Shown here: positions 7,350-15,681 of the stretch, piece by piece
Numbering within the stretch: position 1 is the first letter of the stretch
Layout: every line of letters begins with the position of its first letter
From: a virus
Taxonomy: Duplodnaviria; Caudoviricetes
Length of the DNA: 44,299 nt
Virus record (IMG/VR): IMGVR_UViG_3300044759_000025
Coordinates: 1-44,299 of that record
Strand: one strand, 5' to 3'
The notes under the pieces: generated by a model
Databases searched by the model: none
What the model was told of the DNA's origin: nothing
What the model saw: the letters and a program-made list of their open reading frames with translations, nothing else
Made by a program: the position numbers and the translations under genes

Positions 7350-9190
7350 TGGCCATGCCTCCGTTCCCTCCCGGCCCGATGCCGCCTCCGGGTGGGATGC
7401 CGCCGCCCATGCCGCAGGGAGCCCCGCCAGGGCCTCCAATGCCTCCACCCGGTCCCGGAGGGCCTCCGGGCCCGCAGCTACCTCCAGGGCCTCCGCAGGG
7501 GCCGGGTGGGCCTCCCCCAATGCCAGCCATGCCGCCTCCGCCTCCGCCCGTTCCGGAGCGCGTGCATGACGTGAAGATCTCGCGCGTGCGGCGCTATGGC
7601 TGTGCGCGGGTGGAGAATGTGCCGCCGGAGGAGTTTGGCGTGAGCCGCCGCCAGCGCTCGGTGATGCTCAGGGACTGCGACTATTGCTATCACGAGGTGC
7701 GGCGCACGCAGGCCGATCTGATCAAGGACGGCTATGACAAGGCGCAGGTGGAGAGCTTGCCGGACTATACCGGCGACGGCGGCTCGGAGGAGGTGTCGCG
7801 CGATACGGTCGACGACAACAGCTTGGAGGCGTCGGAATACCTGAACCGGGCCACCCGGCAGATCCGCGTCACCGAGCACTACATCCTCATGGACTATGAG
7901 GGGAACGGCAGGCCGCGGCACTACCGGGTGACGACGGCGGGCAGCGGAGCCGAGATACTGAAGCGCAAAGGCAAGCCGGAGATCGTCCCCGACATCGTGC
8001 GCTTTGCGGCGATGACGCCGGTGATCATGCCGCACCGCTTTTTCGGGCTCTCGCTCGCCGATCTGGTCATGGACATTCAGCGCATCAAGACGGCGCTGAT
8101 CAGGGCGATCCTCGACAACATCTACTTCGCCAACAATCAGCGGCTGGAGGTAGCCGAGGACGGAGCCACAAAAGACACCATAGACGACGTGTTGGCGAAT
8201 AGGGTCGGCGGCATCATCCGCACGCGGCGCATCGGCAGCGTGGCACCCGTTCCCAACCAGCCGATCGGCAACTTCGTTTTCCCGGCGATCGAATACATGG
8301 ACGGGCAGCGCGAGTGGCGCACGGGGGTGACGAGGCAAGGGCAGGGATTGGACCCGAATGCCCTTCAAAACATAGGCGAGCGGGCGGTTTTGGACGCGCA
8401 ATCGATGGCGCGTGGCAAGATGAAGCTATTCGCCAGGATCTTCGCGGAGACGGGCATTCGGGAGATGTTCTGGTTGCTGCATACGACCATACGCCAGAAT
8501 GCCTCGCAGGCGGAGACGGTGAAGCTGCGCGGCAACTGGATCGAGGTGGACCCGCAGGAGTGGCGGCAGCGCGACGATCTCACCATCAATGTGGGCTTGG
8601 GCACCGGCAGCAAGGAGCAGGAGCTTTTCGCCCTCGACAAGATCCTCGGCATTCAGGTGAATGCCATGAAGATGCCGGAAACCAATCTGGCCGGTCCCGA
8701 GCAAGTCTACAACACGGTCGAGCAGATGACCCGCAAGGCCGGCTTCAAGAGCGTCGATCCTTTCTTCACCGATCCCACCAAGCAACCGCCGAAGCCGCCG
8801 ACGCCGAAGCCGGAAGAGCAGAAGGCGATGGCCGAGATGCAGATGGCGCAGCAGAAGGCGCAGCAGGATCTGCAGATGAAGCAGGCCGAGATGGCGATGC
8901 AGCAGCAGCGCTTTACGCAGGAGATGGCGATGCAGCAGCAGAAGGCGCAGGCCGATGCCGAATTGCAGATGCAAAAGCTGCGCATGGAAGGAGAACTGCA
9001 GCGCGAGCAGATGGTCGCCGAGATGGCTCTGAAGCGTGAGCAGATCGACGCCGAATTGAGGCTCAAGGGGCAGCAGCTCGAGGCCGAACTGGCGATGAAG
9101 GAGCGGCTCGGGGTGCTGGCGGCGCAGAGCAAGGCCGCGGCAGGCAATGGCGGCACGTCGCCTGTGCGGCCCGGCGGGGAGCCGGGCTGA
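7349..9190 (+). CDS. Portal protein, C-terminal part (613 aa) with Pro-rich leader
   Basis: HDVKI...VENVPPEEF, PHRFFGLSLADLVMDIQRIKT, RTGVTRQGQGLD, ARIFAETG and NVGLGTG motifs; Gln/Met-rich coiled-coil barrel. Confidence 0.9.
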   Translation: MAMPPFPPGPMPPPGGMPPPMPQGAPPGPPMPPPGPGGPPGPQLPPGPPQGPGGPPPMPAMPPPPPPVPERVHDVKISRVRRYGCARVENVPPEEFGVSRRQRSVMLRDCDYCYHEVRRTQADLIKDGYDKAQVESLPDYTGDGGSEEVSRDTVDDNSLEASEYLNRATRQIRVTEHYILMDYEGNGRPRHYRVTTAGSGAEILKRKGKPEIVPDIVRFAAMTPVIMPHRFFGLSLADLVMDIQRIKTALIRAILDNIYFANNQRLEVAEDGATKDTIDDVLANRVGGIIRTRRIGSVAPVPNQPIGNFVFPAIEYMDGQREWRTGVTRQGQGLDPNALQNIGERAVLDAQSMARGKMKLFARIFAETGIREMFWLLHTTIRQNASQAETVKLRGNWIEVDPQEWRQRDDLTINVGLGTGSKEQELFALDKILGIQVNAMKMPETNLAGPEQVYNTVEQMTRKAGFKSVDPFFTDPTKQPPKPPTPKPEEQKAMAEMQMAQQKAQQDLQMKQAEMAMQQQRFTQEMAMQQQKAQADAELQMQKLRMEGELQREQMVAEMALKREQIDAELRLKGQQLEAELAMKERLGVLAAQSKAAAGNGGTSPVRPGGEPG

Positions 9191-9483
9191 TGGCAGACGA
9201 TGAATTCGCCCTGCGCAAGGACATGGAGCGCGCGGCGATCGCGCAGCAGCTTCTGGAGAACTCGATCGTGGTCGAGGCATTCGCCGAACTGGAAGCCTCT
9301 TATCTCAATGCCTGGAAGGCGGCGCAGCCGCGCGATACGGAAGGCCGCGAGAAGCTCTGGCAGGCGGTGCAGATCGTCGGCAAGGTGAAGACGCACCTCG
9401 AACAGACCGCCGCCAATGGCCGGCTGGCGAGCCGCCAGATCGAGCGCGACTTCCGCCCGCCGAAGCGCTTCGGGATAGTCTGA
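9190..9483 (+). CDS. Small conserved podophage head-module protein
   Basis: Between portal and scaffold; AQQLLEN...REKLWQAVQ pattern; TGATG coupling. Confidence 0.75.
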   Translation: MADDEFALRKDMERAAIAQQLLENSIVVEAFAELEASYLNAWKAAQPRDTEGREKLWQAVQIVGKVKTHLEQTAANGRLASRQIERDFRPPKRFGIV

Positions 9484-9551
9484 AGCGTGACCTTTTGAGG
9501 CTGCTAAGTCCTTGATATTCCCTCGGCGCGCAGCCAAAGCGTGACCTTTTG
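9483..9551. repeat. 15-bp perfect direct repeat flanking an IHF-consensus site
   Basis: AAGCGTGACCTTTTG at 9483-9497 and 9537-9551; TAAGTCCTTGATA (9505-9517) is the reverse complement of WATCAANNNNTTR. Confidence 0.75.
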
Positions 9552-9644
9552 TGCAGTGCAGCACCACATTTACCCCACAGGGTGGGGTAGTCTGACTTTC
9601 ACCGACTAATGCCGACTTAGAACCGTTCCAAGGGAATTCCCTTC

Positions 9645-10727
9645 ATGTCCGAGCCTACCCAACCCGACGCGGGAGCGCCGGCTCCTGAGCCTATTGCTCC
9701 CGTTCCAGAGCCTTCTCCTCCACCTCCTCCCGCCTCCGACGCGCCAATTACCGCGCGAGAGGCGGGCGACCTCATTGCCGAGCAAGCCTCGGACACGCAA
9801 TCGTCCGACAAGGATGATGCCGGCCCGGCCGAAAGGCCCGTCCCCGGCGAGACTAAGGAGCCCGATCCCGCTTCCGAGCCGTCCATCGAGCCTCCGAGGT
9901 CTTGGTCCAAGGAACACAAGGAAGCCTTCAAGGCCCTCCCTCGCCATCTCCAGCAGGCAGTTGCGGAGAGCGAGCGCGCCCGAGAGGCGGACTTCCTCCA
10001 ACGGACCAGAGAAACCGCCGAGCAACGCAAGGCCGCCGAGGCCCTGGCGCAGCAGGCGGAACAGGCACAGGCACAGGCAAGAGCAGCCTACGAGCGGTCG
10101 CTGCCGCAAGAAGTGCTGCTGCTGGAGGCCAAGTACCACGAGGAATTCGGGACGCCCACCGAAGCTGAAATAGCGGAGTGGGAGAATACCGATCCGGCCA
10201 AAGCGGTACGCTGGAATGGTGCGCTTCAGCGCGTCCTGCGGGCTCGCAGGGAACTGGAGCAGCAGCAATCCCAGCAGGCCCAGCAGCAGCAGAAGGAGTG
10301 GCAGGAATTCGCTCAGGCGCGCGAGGCGTGGAAGGATGCGGAAACGCAGAAATTCCTCGAGAAAGCGCCTGAGTGGAAAGACCAAGCGACCTACGGAAAA
10401 AAGGTCGCCGGGATGATGGACTATTTGGAGAATGGCATCGGGTTCGAGCGAGAGTTTCTCGAACGCGCCGCCAACGAATATCTCCCGATCCAGATCCATG
10501 ACCACAAGTTCCAACTGCTCGCCTGGAAGGGCTACCTCTACGACGAGGCCCAGAAGGCTGCCCGCAGCCCGTCACGTGCCCCTGTTCCACCTGTCCAGCG
10601 TCCGGGCGTCCCTCCCGCAAGGGGAGAGGCCAACGAGGCTCGGCTTAGAGACCTCAACCGCCAATTGGACCGCACCGGAGACGCCCGCTCGGCCGCACGG
10701 CTGATCGCGGCAATGAATGGCCGGTAG
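9645..10727 (+). CDS. Capsid scaffolding protein
   Basis: Acidic/Pro-rich N-terminus, PPRSWSKE motif, long coiled coil, C-terminal LDRTGDARSAARLI; directly upstream of the capsid gene. Confidence 0.85.
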   Translation: MSEPTQPDAGAPAPEPIAPVPEPSPPPPPASDAPITAREAGDLIAEQASDTQSSDKDDAGPAERPVPGETKEPDPASEPSIEPPRSWSKEHKEAFKALPRHLQQAVAESERAREADFLQRTRETAEQRKAAEALAQQAEQAQAQARAAYERSLPQEVLLLEAKYHEEFGTPTEAEIAEWENTDPAKAVRWNGALQRVLRARRELEQQQSQQAQQQQKEWQEFAQAREAWKDAETQKFLEKAPEWKDQATYGKKVAGMMDYLENGIGFEREFLERAANEYLPIQIHDHKFQLLAWKGYLYDEAQKAARSPSRAPVPPVQRPGVPPARGEANEARLRDLNRQLDRTGDARSAARLIAAMNGR

Positions 10728-10745
10728 GTCCGCAGGGGACCATCA

Positions 10746-10893
10746 ATGGCATTAGACGCAGATACCTTCCTCACCTACGACAGTCGAGGAAACAGAGAAG
10801 ACCTGAGCGATATCATCTACAAGATCGCTCCGACGGAAACGCCGTTCGTGAGCGGCGTCGAGAAGGTGAAGGCGACTGCCACCAACCACGAGT
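10746..10893 (+). CDS. Major capsid protein, exon 1
   Basis: MALDADTFLTYDSRGNREDLSDIIYKIAPTETPF...ATATNHE is the N-terminus of the DUF5309/SU10-type major capsid family; absent from the ORF track because it is only 49 codons. Confidence 0.92.
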
Positions 10894-11725
10894 AAGGTAA
10901 AATCTGCTCGTGTAAAATTTGGCTATTTGCATTAAACTCCTTAGAGCGTCGGACCCCATAGAGGAAAAGTTCCGGTGATTGGACTAGATGCAGGTAAGGC
11001 CTTTGCTTACGTTACCGGCGTTTATCTCGGTGATGGATGTGTGACGATCCGGCGGGTAGTTGGGGAAACTCCCAAGCCTACCTTCCGGCTAAATACCATC
11101 GACGAGGATTTCGCCCGCACTACCGCTGCCGCATTGAGGCTGCTTAGCACTTACAAAGTGACGATAGGCTCTCATGCGGTTTCTAGGAGCAGCAAGCCGA
11201 ATTGGTATCTCTGTCTGGGCGATCGGGCATTGTGCGCGCGCCTTGTGGGAGACACCGAGAAGAAGCGGATAATTCCAGAGGACGTTTTCGGATGGCCTCG
11301 CGACCTGAAGCTGGCGTTCATCGCCGGTCTGATGGACAGCGAGGGCTATGTCGGGCGTAATGTCACGCCCGCAGGCAGTCGAAAATTTACTCTTGGCTAC
11401 AGGTCATGTGACCCTTGGTTTCATGATTTTATCCGACTTCTCCAATCTGTCGGCATTCTGATCGGTAAGATTGGCGCTGACACCCTCCCGTCTGGGAAGG
11501 TAGCACGCCGGTTCTCGATCAAGCTGCATTCTTGGGTAAAAAGCGGAGCCTATTTCAATATCGCGCGCAAACAGCGGCGAATTGAGGAATGGGCGGCAAA
11601 GGCAACCCCAGAGACTAATACGCCAAACATCCCTCTTGGATGAAGACAGAGTCCGATCTCCGCTCGAAAGACGGAGAGGGCGGCAGAAATGACCGCCCCG
11701 GCCCGCAAGGGCTGGTAACAGAATG
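10894..11725 (+). mobile_element. Group I self-splicing intron (832 nt) in the major capsid gene
   Basis: P1: exon CACGAGU pairs with GCUCGUG (10906-10912), U-G at the splice site. P3: UUUGGCUAU/AUACGCCAAA. P4: UUGCAU/AUGCAG. P7: GAGACUA (11611-11617)/GAGUCC (11649-11654). P8: CAUCC/GGAUG. P9 hairpins with GAAA and GCAA loops. Terminal G11725. Splicing restores H-E-W-Q-T. Confidence 0.93.
10975..11643 (+). CDS. Intron-encoded LAGLIDADG homing endonuclease (two-motif)
   Basis: Motifs FAYVTGVYLGDG and LAFIAGLMDSEG; GAGGA SD upstream of the GTG. Confidence 0.9.
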   Translation: MIGLDAGKAFAYVTGVYLGDGCVTIRRVVGETPKPTFRLNTIDEDFARTTAAALRLLSTYKVTIGSHAVSRSSKPNWYLCLGDRALCARLVGDTEKKRIIPEDVFGWPRDLKLAFIAGLMDSEGYVGRNVTPAGSRKFTLGYRSCDPWFHDFIRLLQSVGILIGKIGADTLPSGKVARRFSIKLHSWVKSGAYFNIARKQRRIEEWAAKATPETNTPNIPLG

Positions 11726-12525
11726 GGCAAACCCAAGACTTAGCCCCCGCCGCCGCCAACCACGTGCTGGAAGGCGACGACGCGACGACCGATGTGGTGA
11801 CGCCGACGACCCGTCTCGGCAACATCGCGCAGATCAGCGATAAGGTGGCGCGCGTTTCCGGCACGCAGCAGGTGATCGACAAGGCCGGGCGCGACAACGA
11901 ACTGTCCTATCAGATGGCTCTGAAAGGGCAGGAGCTGAAACGGGATATGGAATTTATCCTGCTCAGCAATACGGCCAAGGTGGCGGGCGCGGAGGCAACC
12001 CCGCGCAAGCTGGCGAGCGTGCTTTCGTGGATCGGCACCAACGACAGCTTCGGTGCGGCTCCCGGTGCATCGCCCGCCACCCTCGACGGCCTCGCCACGC
12101 GGACCGATGGCGTGCAGAGGGCCTTCACCGAGGCGCTTCTGAAGCCCGTTCTGCAGCTCATTTGGAACGAGGGCGGCAACCCGGACACCATCCTCGTGGG
12201 CGGGTTCAATAAGCAGGTCTTCAGTACCTTCACCGGCCGCAGCACGCCGCAGGAACAAGCCACGTCCAAAAAAATCGTCAATAGCGTGGAAATTTATGAA
12301 GGAGATTTCGGGACTTTGAAAGTAGTGGCTGATCGCTTCATGAGAGCAAGGGACTGCTTGATCTTGGAAATGGACAAGTGGGCAATCGCGTATCTCAGGA
12401 ATATGCAGCGCATCGACCTTGCCAGGACCGGCGACAGTGAGAGGAAGCAGATCCTAGTAGAATTTACGCTTGAGGCCCGCAACGAAAAAGCCTCGGGAAT
12501 GGTTGCCGATCTGAATACCGCCTAA
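11726..12525 (+). CDS. Major capsid protein, exon 2 (spliced product 315 aa)
   Basis: QTQDLA...VLEGDDA, RLGNIAQISDK, ELKRDME, YEGDFG and EFTLEARNEKASG match the DUF5309/SU10-type capsid. Confidence 0.93.
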
Positions 12526-12531
12526 CACCTA

Positions 12532-12605
12532 TCGCCGCCACGTCTCCCCAGACAGCCGCATGGCTTACTCCCTTAGCTCTGTGCGACCTCCCGGCGTGGC
12601 GGCGA
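12532..12605 (+). other. Long stem-loop downstream of the capsid gene
   Basis: TCGCCGCCACGTC (12532-12544) pairs with GGCGTGGCGGCGA (12593-12605), 13 bp including one G-U. Confidence 0.6.
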
Positions 12606-12677
12606 CCCACCATCCCTCAAGAGCCTTTTTTCGCGTCTGCGGCGTTCTCTGACGCAGGAAAGCACAGGAGAAACGCT

Positions 12678-13406
12678 ATGGGCCGCCCCAAAGGCTCGAA
12701 GAACAAACCCAAGGCCGCCCCACCCAAGGCGAAGGCGAAAGCCAAGGCGAAGCGCAAGACGCCGGCCAGGGTGTCAAAACCCGACACCCCTCCCGATTGG
12801 CTGCGCAAGGCCATGGCGGTGAAGACACCGACCAAGCCGAAGGTCGGCCGCAAGCCGAATGCGCTCAAAGCGAAATTCAAGGCAATCACGGCGAAAGCCA
12901 GGAGGAAGAAGATGACCATTTCCAAGGACAAGCCGCTCCCCGATCCGCTGGGCGATCCCGACTTCCACGCCAAGGTGGATCGGTTGCCGGCCGAAGAGCA
13001 GGTGAAAATCCCGGAAGACCAGCGGCAGCAGGCGAAGGGCACCAAGCTTACCGAGGAGCAGGAGCCCGAGGTGGAGCCGCTCTTCGACGAGGCGGCGGCC
13101 GGCGCTGAAATTCCGCCCGAGAACGCGCAGGCGCTCATTGCCGGGACGATGGGCGGCTCCGGCGATCACCACGCAATGGCCAAGCGCATTCTAGAGCGTT
13201 TTGTGGAGGCCAATTGGCTGATCACCAAGGGCGCGGAAGGCACGCCTGCCGGCATGGCGATCAAGGAGCGGAGAGAGATCCAGGAAAAGGCACGGAAAGA
13301 GGCTGAGAAGGCGCGGGCCGGGGATGACCCCAAGGGCGCTGACGCCGGCAAGGGCAGAGGCAAGAACGATCCCAAGGGCGCGGACGATCAGAAGGGCAAG
13401 AAGTGA
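12678..13406 (+). CDS. Hypothetical protein with AT-hook and Lys/Ala-rich histone-like N-terminus
   Basis: MGRPKGSKNKPK AT-hook, KAKAKAKAK tract, acidic middle; AGGAG SD. Confidence 0.75.
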   Translation: MGRPKGSKNKPKAAPPKAKAKAKAKRKTPARVSKPDTPPDWLRKAMAVKTPTKPKVGRKPNALKAKFKAITAKARRKKMTISKDKPLPDPLGDPDFHAKVDRLPAEEQVKIPEDQRQQAKGTKLTEEQEPEVEPLFDEAAAGAEIPPENAQALIAGTMGGSGDHHAMAKRILERFVEANWLITKGAEGTPAGMAIKERREIQEKARKEAEKARAGDDPKGADAGKGRGKNDPKGADDQKGKK

Positions 13407-13618
13407 AGGAGCCGCGGCCTCCAGCGCTCGAGGGCGGCGATCCAGATCCGGAGGAGGACGAGTTCCTCTCCGCGCTCGCGCCGCTCGATTACGTGGACAA
13501 TGAAGAAGCGCAGGCCGTCATTCGCGACGCTTTAGGCGGCGGCCTGCACGGCTCCCGTGCGCAGGTGGTCCTCGCGCGCTTCGCCAGGGAACGCTGGCGC
13601 ATCATCAGAGAGGGGTAA
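13403..13618 (+). CDS. Small hypothetical protein, paralogous to a domain of the upstream gene
   Basis: GTGA coupling; shares the AQAxI...GG...xLxRF...WxI pattern with 12678-13406. Confidence 0.65.
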   Translation: MKEPRPPALEGGDPDPEEDEFLSALAPLDYVDNEEAQAVIRDALGGGLHGSRAQVVLARFARERWRIIREG

Positions 13619-13620
13619 TC

Positions 13621-13908
13621 ATGGGCACACAATATTGGGGTGCGGGCCGCATCGGCACGCATCAGTCGATAGCCTATACGGGCACGGCAGGCACGATCGC
13701 CAATGCCATTACGGTAGGCTCCTACAAGGTGCGCGTGGTGGCAACCTCGGCCTGCTATATCGCTATGGGCACTGCGCCCACGGCCACGACTGCGGGGCTG
13801 TATCTGCCGGCCGATACGGTGGAGTACTTCACCTGCTCGCCGGGCGAGAAGGTATCGGCCATCCAGCTCTCGGCGGGCGGCACGCTGCACGTCACCGAGA
13901 TCAGCTAG
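13621..13908 (+). CDS. Small beta-rich virion protein (decoration or spike-base candidate)
   Basis: VRVVATSACYI...LPADTVEYF...GEKVSAI...GTLHVTE; position in the head module. Confidence 0.65.
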   Translation: MGTQYWGAGRIGTHQSIAYTGTAGTIANAITVGSYKVRVVATSACYIAMGTAPTATTAGLYLPADTVEYFTCSPGEKVSAIQLSAGGTLHVTEIS

Positions 13909-13912
13909 GCAC

Positions 13913-15241
13913 ATGGCATTCGGGCGGCTCGGAGCCTTGGGCGGCGGCTTCGGCCGCCTTGGCACGTCTGGCGGTGGGGTCACTGCGGCCGGCGGCGGCG
14001 CAGCGCTGCTCACTGGCGAGACGGACGGTTTCGCTACCGACTTCACCTACGCAACGGACGCATCCAGGGTGGCTGTGAAGGCCGCCAGCGCGGTCACGAG
14101 CTACGCACTGGACAGCTTCTATTCCAACACCGGCACCAGCCCAAAGCAGGTCTTCGATGTAAGCGGCAATCTGGTCTGGTCGCCGCACAATATGTTTCTG
14201 AATTCTGCGGCACCGGTGACGCAGACTGTCACCACGGTGGTCGGACAGAACTACACCGTTACCGTTACCGGCTCTGGCTCAATGACGGGATCGAGCGGCG
14301 CGGCCGGTGTGGCGACTGCAGGTGCGCCTCTGACCTACACCGCAACCGGCATAAGCAGCATTTTCACTAAGGCCGGCACCGTCACGCAGATCCAGATGAA
14401 CCGCGGTGCGGTGGCGACGGCCTACATTGCCACGACTGGCACGATCAAGAACGGCCTCGCCGTCGATTACGACCCGGTGACGCATGTAGCGCGCGGGCTG
14501 CTGACAGAGCCCGTAGCGACGAATTTGCTCTTGAACAATGCTACGCTCAGCACGCAGTCCGTAACGGTGACGGCGGTTGCGCACACGTTGTCATTCTTTG
14601 GGACGGGAACGGTCACGCTCTCGGGCGTATCGACTGCTGGACCGCTGGTAGGCACTGGCGCAAACGATCGTGTTTCCCTGACCTTCACGCCTACTGCAGG
14701 CAGCCTCACGTGTACGGTCACGGGAACCGTTTCCAGAGCCCAATTAGAGACGGGCGCCGTCGCCACGTCGCCGATCAATACCTTCGCTGCCTCTGCAACG
14801 CGGGCGGTGGATAGCTACACGTTCACCCCTGCGTCGATCAATTACAGTGCAACGTCGGGAAGCTGGTGGTTTGAGCATTATCAGATTGCTGTGTCGGCGA
14901 GCAGTCCCAGGCTGCTGCTGTTTTCCTCTGGAGCCTATCTTGCCCTGCTAACCAATCAGTATCTGCTGCAGGATGGGACGGGGCTTTATAAAAATATCGG
15001 TAGCACGATTGCCGGCACTACGCAGAAAAATGCCATTGCTTATCAGAGCGGCGACCGGGCCAATACAGCGATGGGGCAAGCTGTCGTAACCGATGCCGGA
15101 TCGACGACGCTGCTGTTGGCCCCCGGTGCGACCATTACTTTAGGTGGCTCGGGCGGCACGATCTGCCAAGGCTATCTCCGCAAAATCTACTATCTGCCGC
15201 GCCGCATGCCGAATGCCGAGATGCAGACGGAGACGGCATGA
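13913..15241 (+). CDS. Head spike/fibre-like virion protein
   Basis: GLLTEPVATNLL...AQLETGAVATSPI...ATRAVD motif, an internal duplication and a LamG-like C-terminus; Thr/Gly/Ala-rich. Confidence 0.75.
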   Translation: MAFGRLGALGGGFGRLGTSGGGVTAAGGGAALLTGETDGFATDFTYATDASRVAVKAASAVTSYALDSFYSNTGTSPKQVFDVSGNLVWSPHNMFLNSAAPVTQTVTTVVGQNYTVTVTGSGSMTGSSGAAGVATAGAPLTYTATGISSIFTKAGTVTQIQMNRGAVATAYIATTGTIKNGLAVDYDPVTHVARGLLTEPVATNLLLNNATLSTQSVTVTAVAHTLSFFGTGTVTLSGVSTAGPLVGTGANDRVSLTFTPTAGSLTCTVTGTVSRAQLETGAVATSPINTFAASATRAVDSYTFTPASINYSATSGSWWFEHYQIAVSASSPRLLLFSSGAYLALLTNQYLLQDGTGLYKNIGSTIAGTTQKNAIAYQSGDRANTAMGQAVVTDAGSTTLLLAPGATITLGGSGGTICQGYLRKIYYLPRRMPNAEMQTETA

Positions 15242-15681
15242 GCATCAACCTGATGTTCCGCTCCACCACGCGCAAGGACTTCGAAGCGATGGCGCGGACG
15301 GCACAGTTCATCGACGCCGAGAACAAGCCGCTGCCGGGGATCGACGTGGACCCCACCATAGGCACGCCGGAATACGAGACGGGCATTCCCATCGTCGAGG
15401 TTCCCGCCTCGCCGGAGGGAGAGGTTCCCGCAGTTCTCAAGAGCGGCTGGCACTGCAACGTGCGGGTCAGTGGCGAGCGCGAACAGCAGGAAATCAGCGG
15501 CCTGCCGCAGACTGACGTGGACGGCAATTTGCTGCCGGCGGCAGAACGGACGCATTTCGGCATCGCATTCTCGGACAATGGGACTGTCGTGGTGGATGGG
15601 ACGACTGAGGGCATCCAATACGCCAACGTCGCGCTTCTCAACGAGCTGACGATCGCATCACCGCAGAGAGTTTGGCAATGA
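15238..15681 (+). CDS. Hypothetical protein, possible fibre accessory
   Basis: ATGA-coupled on both sides; GWHCNVR motif and C-terminal SPQRVW. Confidence 0.65.
   Translation: MSINLMFRSTTRKDFEAMARTAQFIDAENKPLPGIDVDPTIGTPEYETGIPIVEVPASPEGEVPAVLKSGWHCNVRVSGEREQQEISGLPQTDVDGNLLPAAERTHFGIAFSDNGTVVVDGTTEGIQYANVALLNELTIASPQRVWQ

Noticed and set aside
10975-11643. Intein in the capsid protein
   Set aside because: There is a stop right after exon 1, no Cys/Ser start or His-Asn end, and the RNA pairings fit a group I intron.
12267-12277. Programmed frameshift at the A7 run in the capsid gene
   Set aside because: In-frame phasing (C AAA AAA ATC) does not fit X XXY YYZ, and the capsid motifs continue in frame 0.
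11764-12525. Stand-alone 253-aa capsid ORF from the track
   Set aside because: It lacks the conserved N-terminus, which is encoded at 10746-10893.
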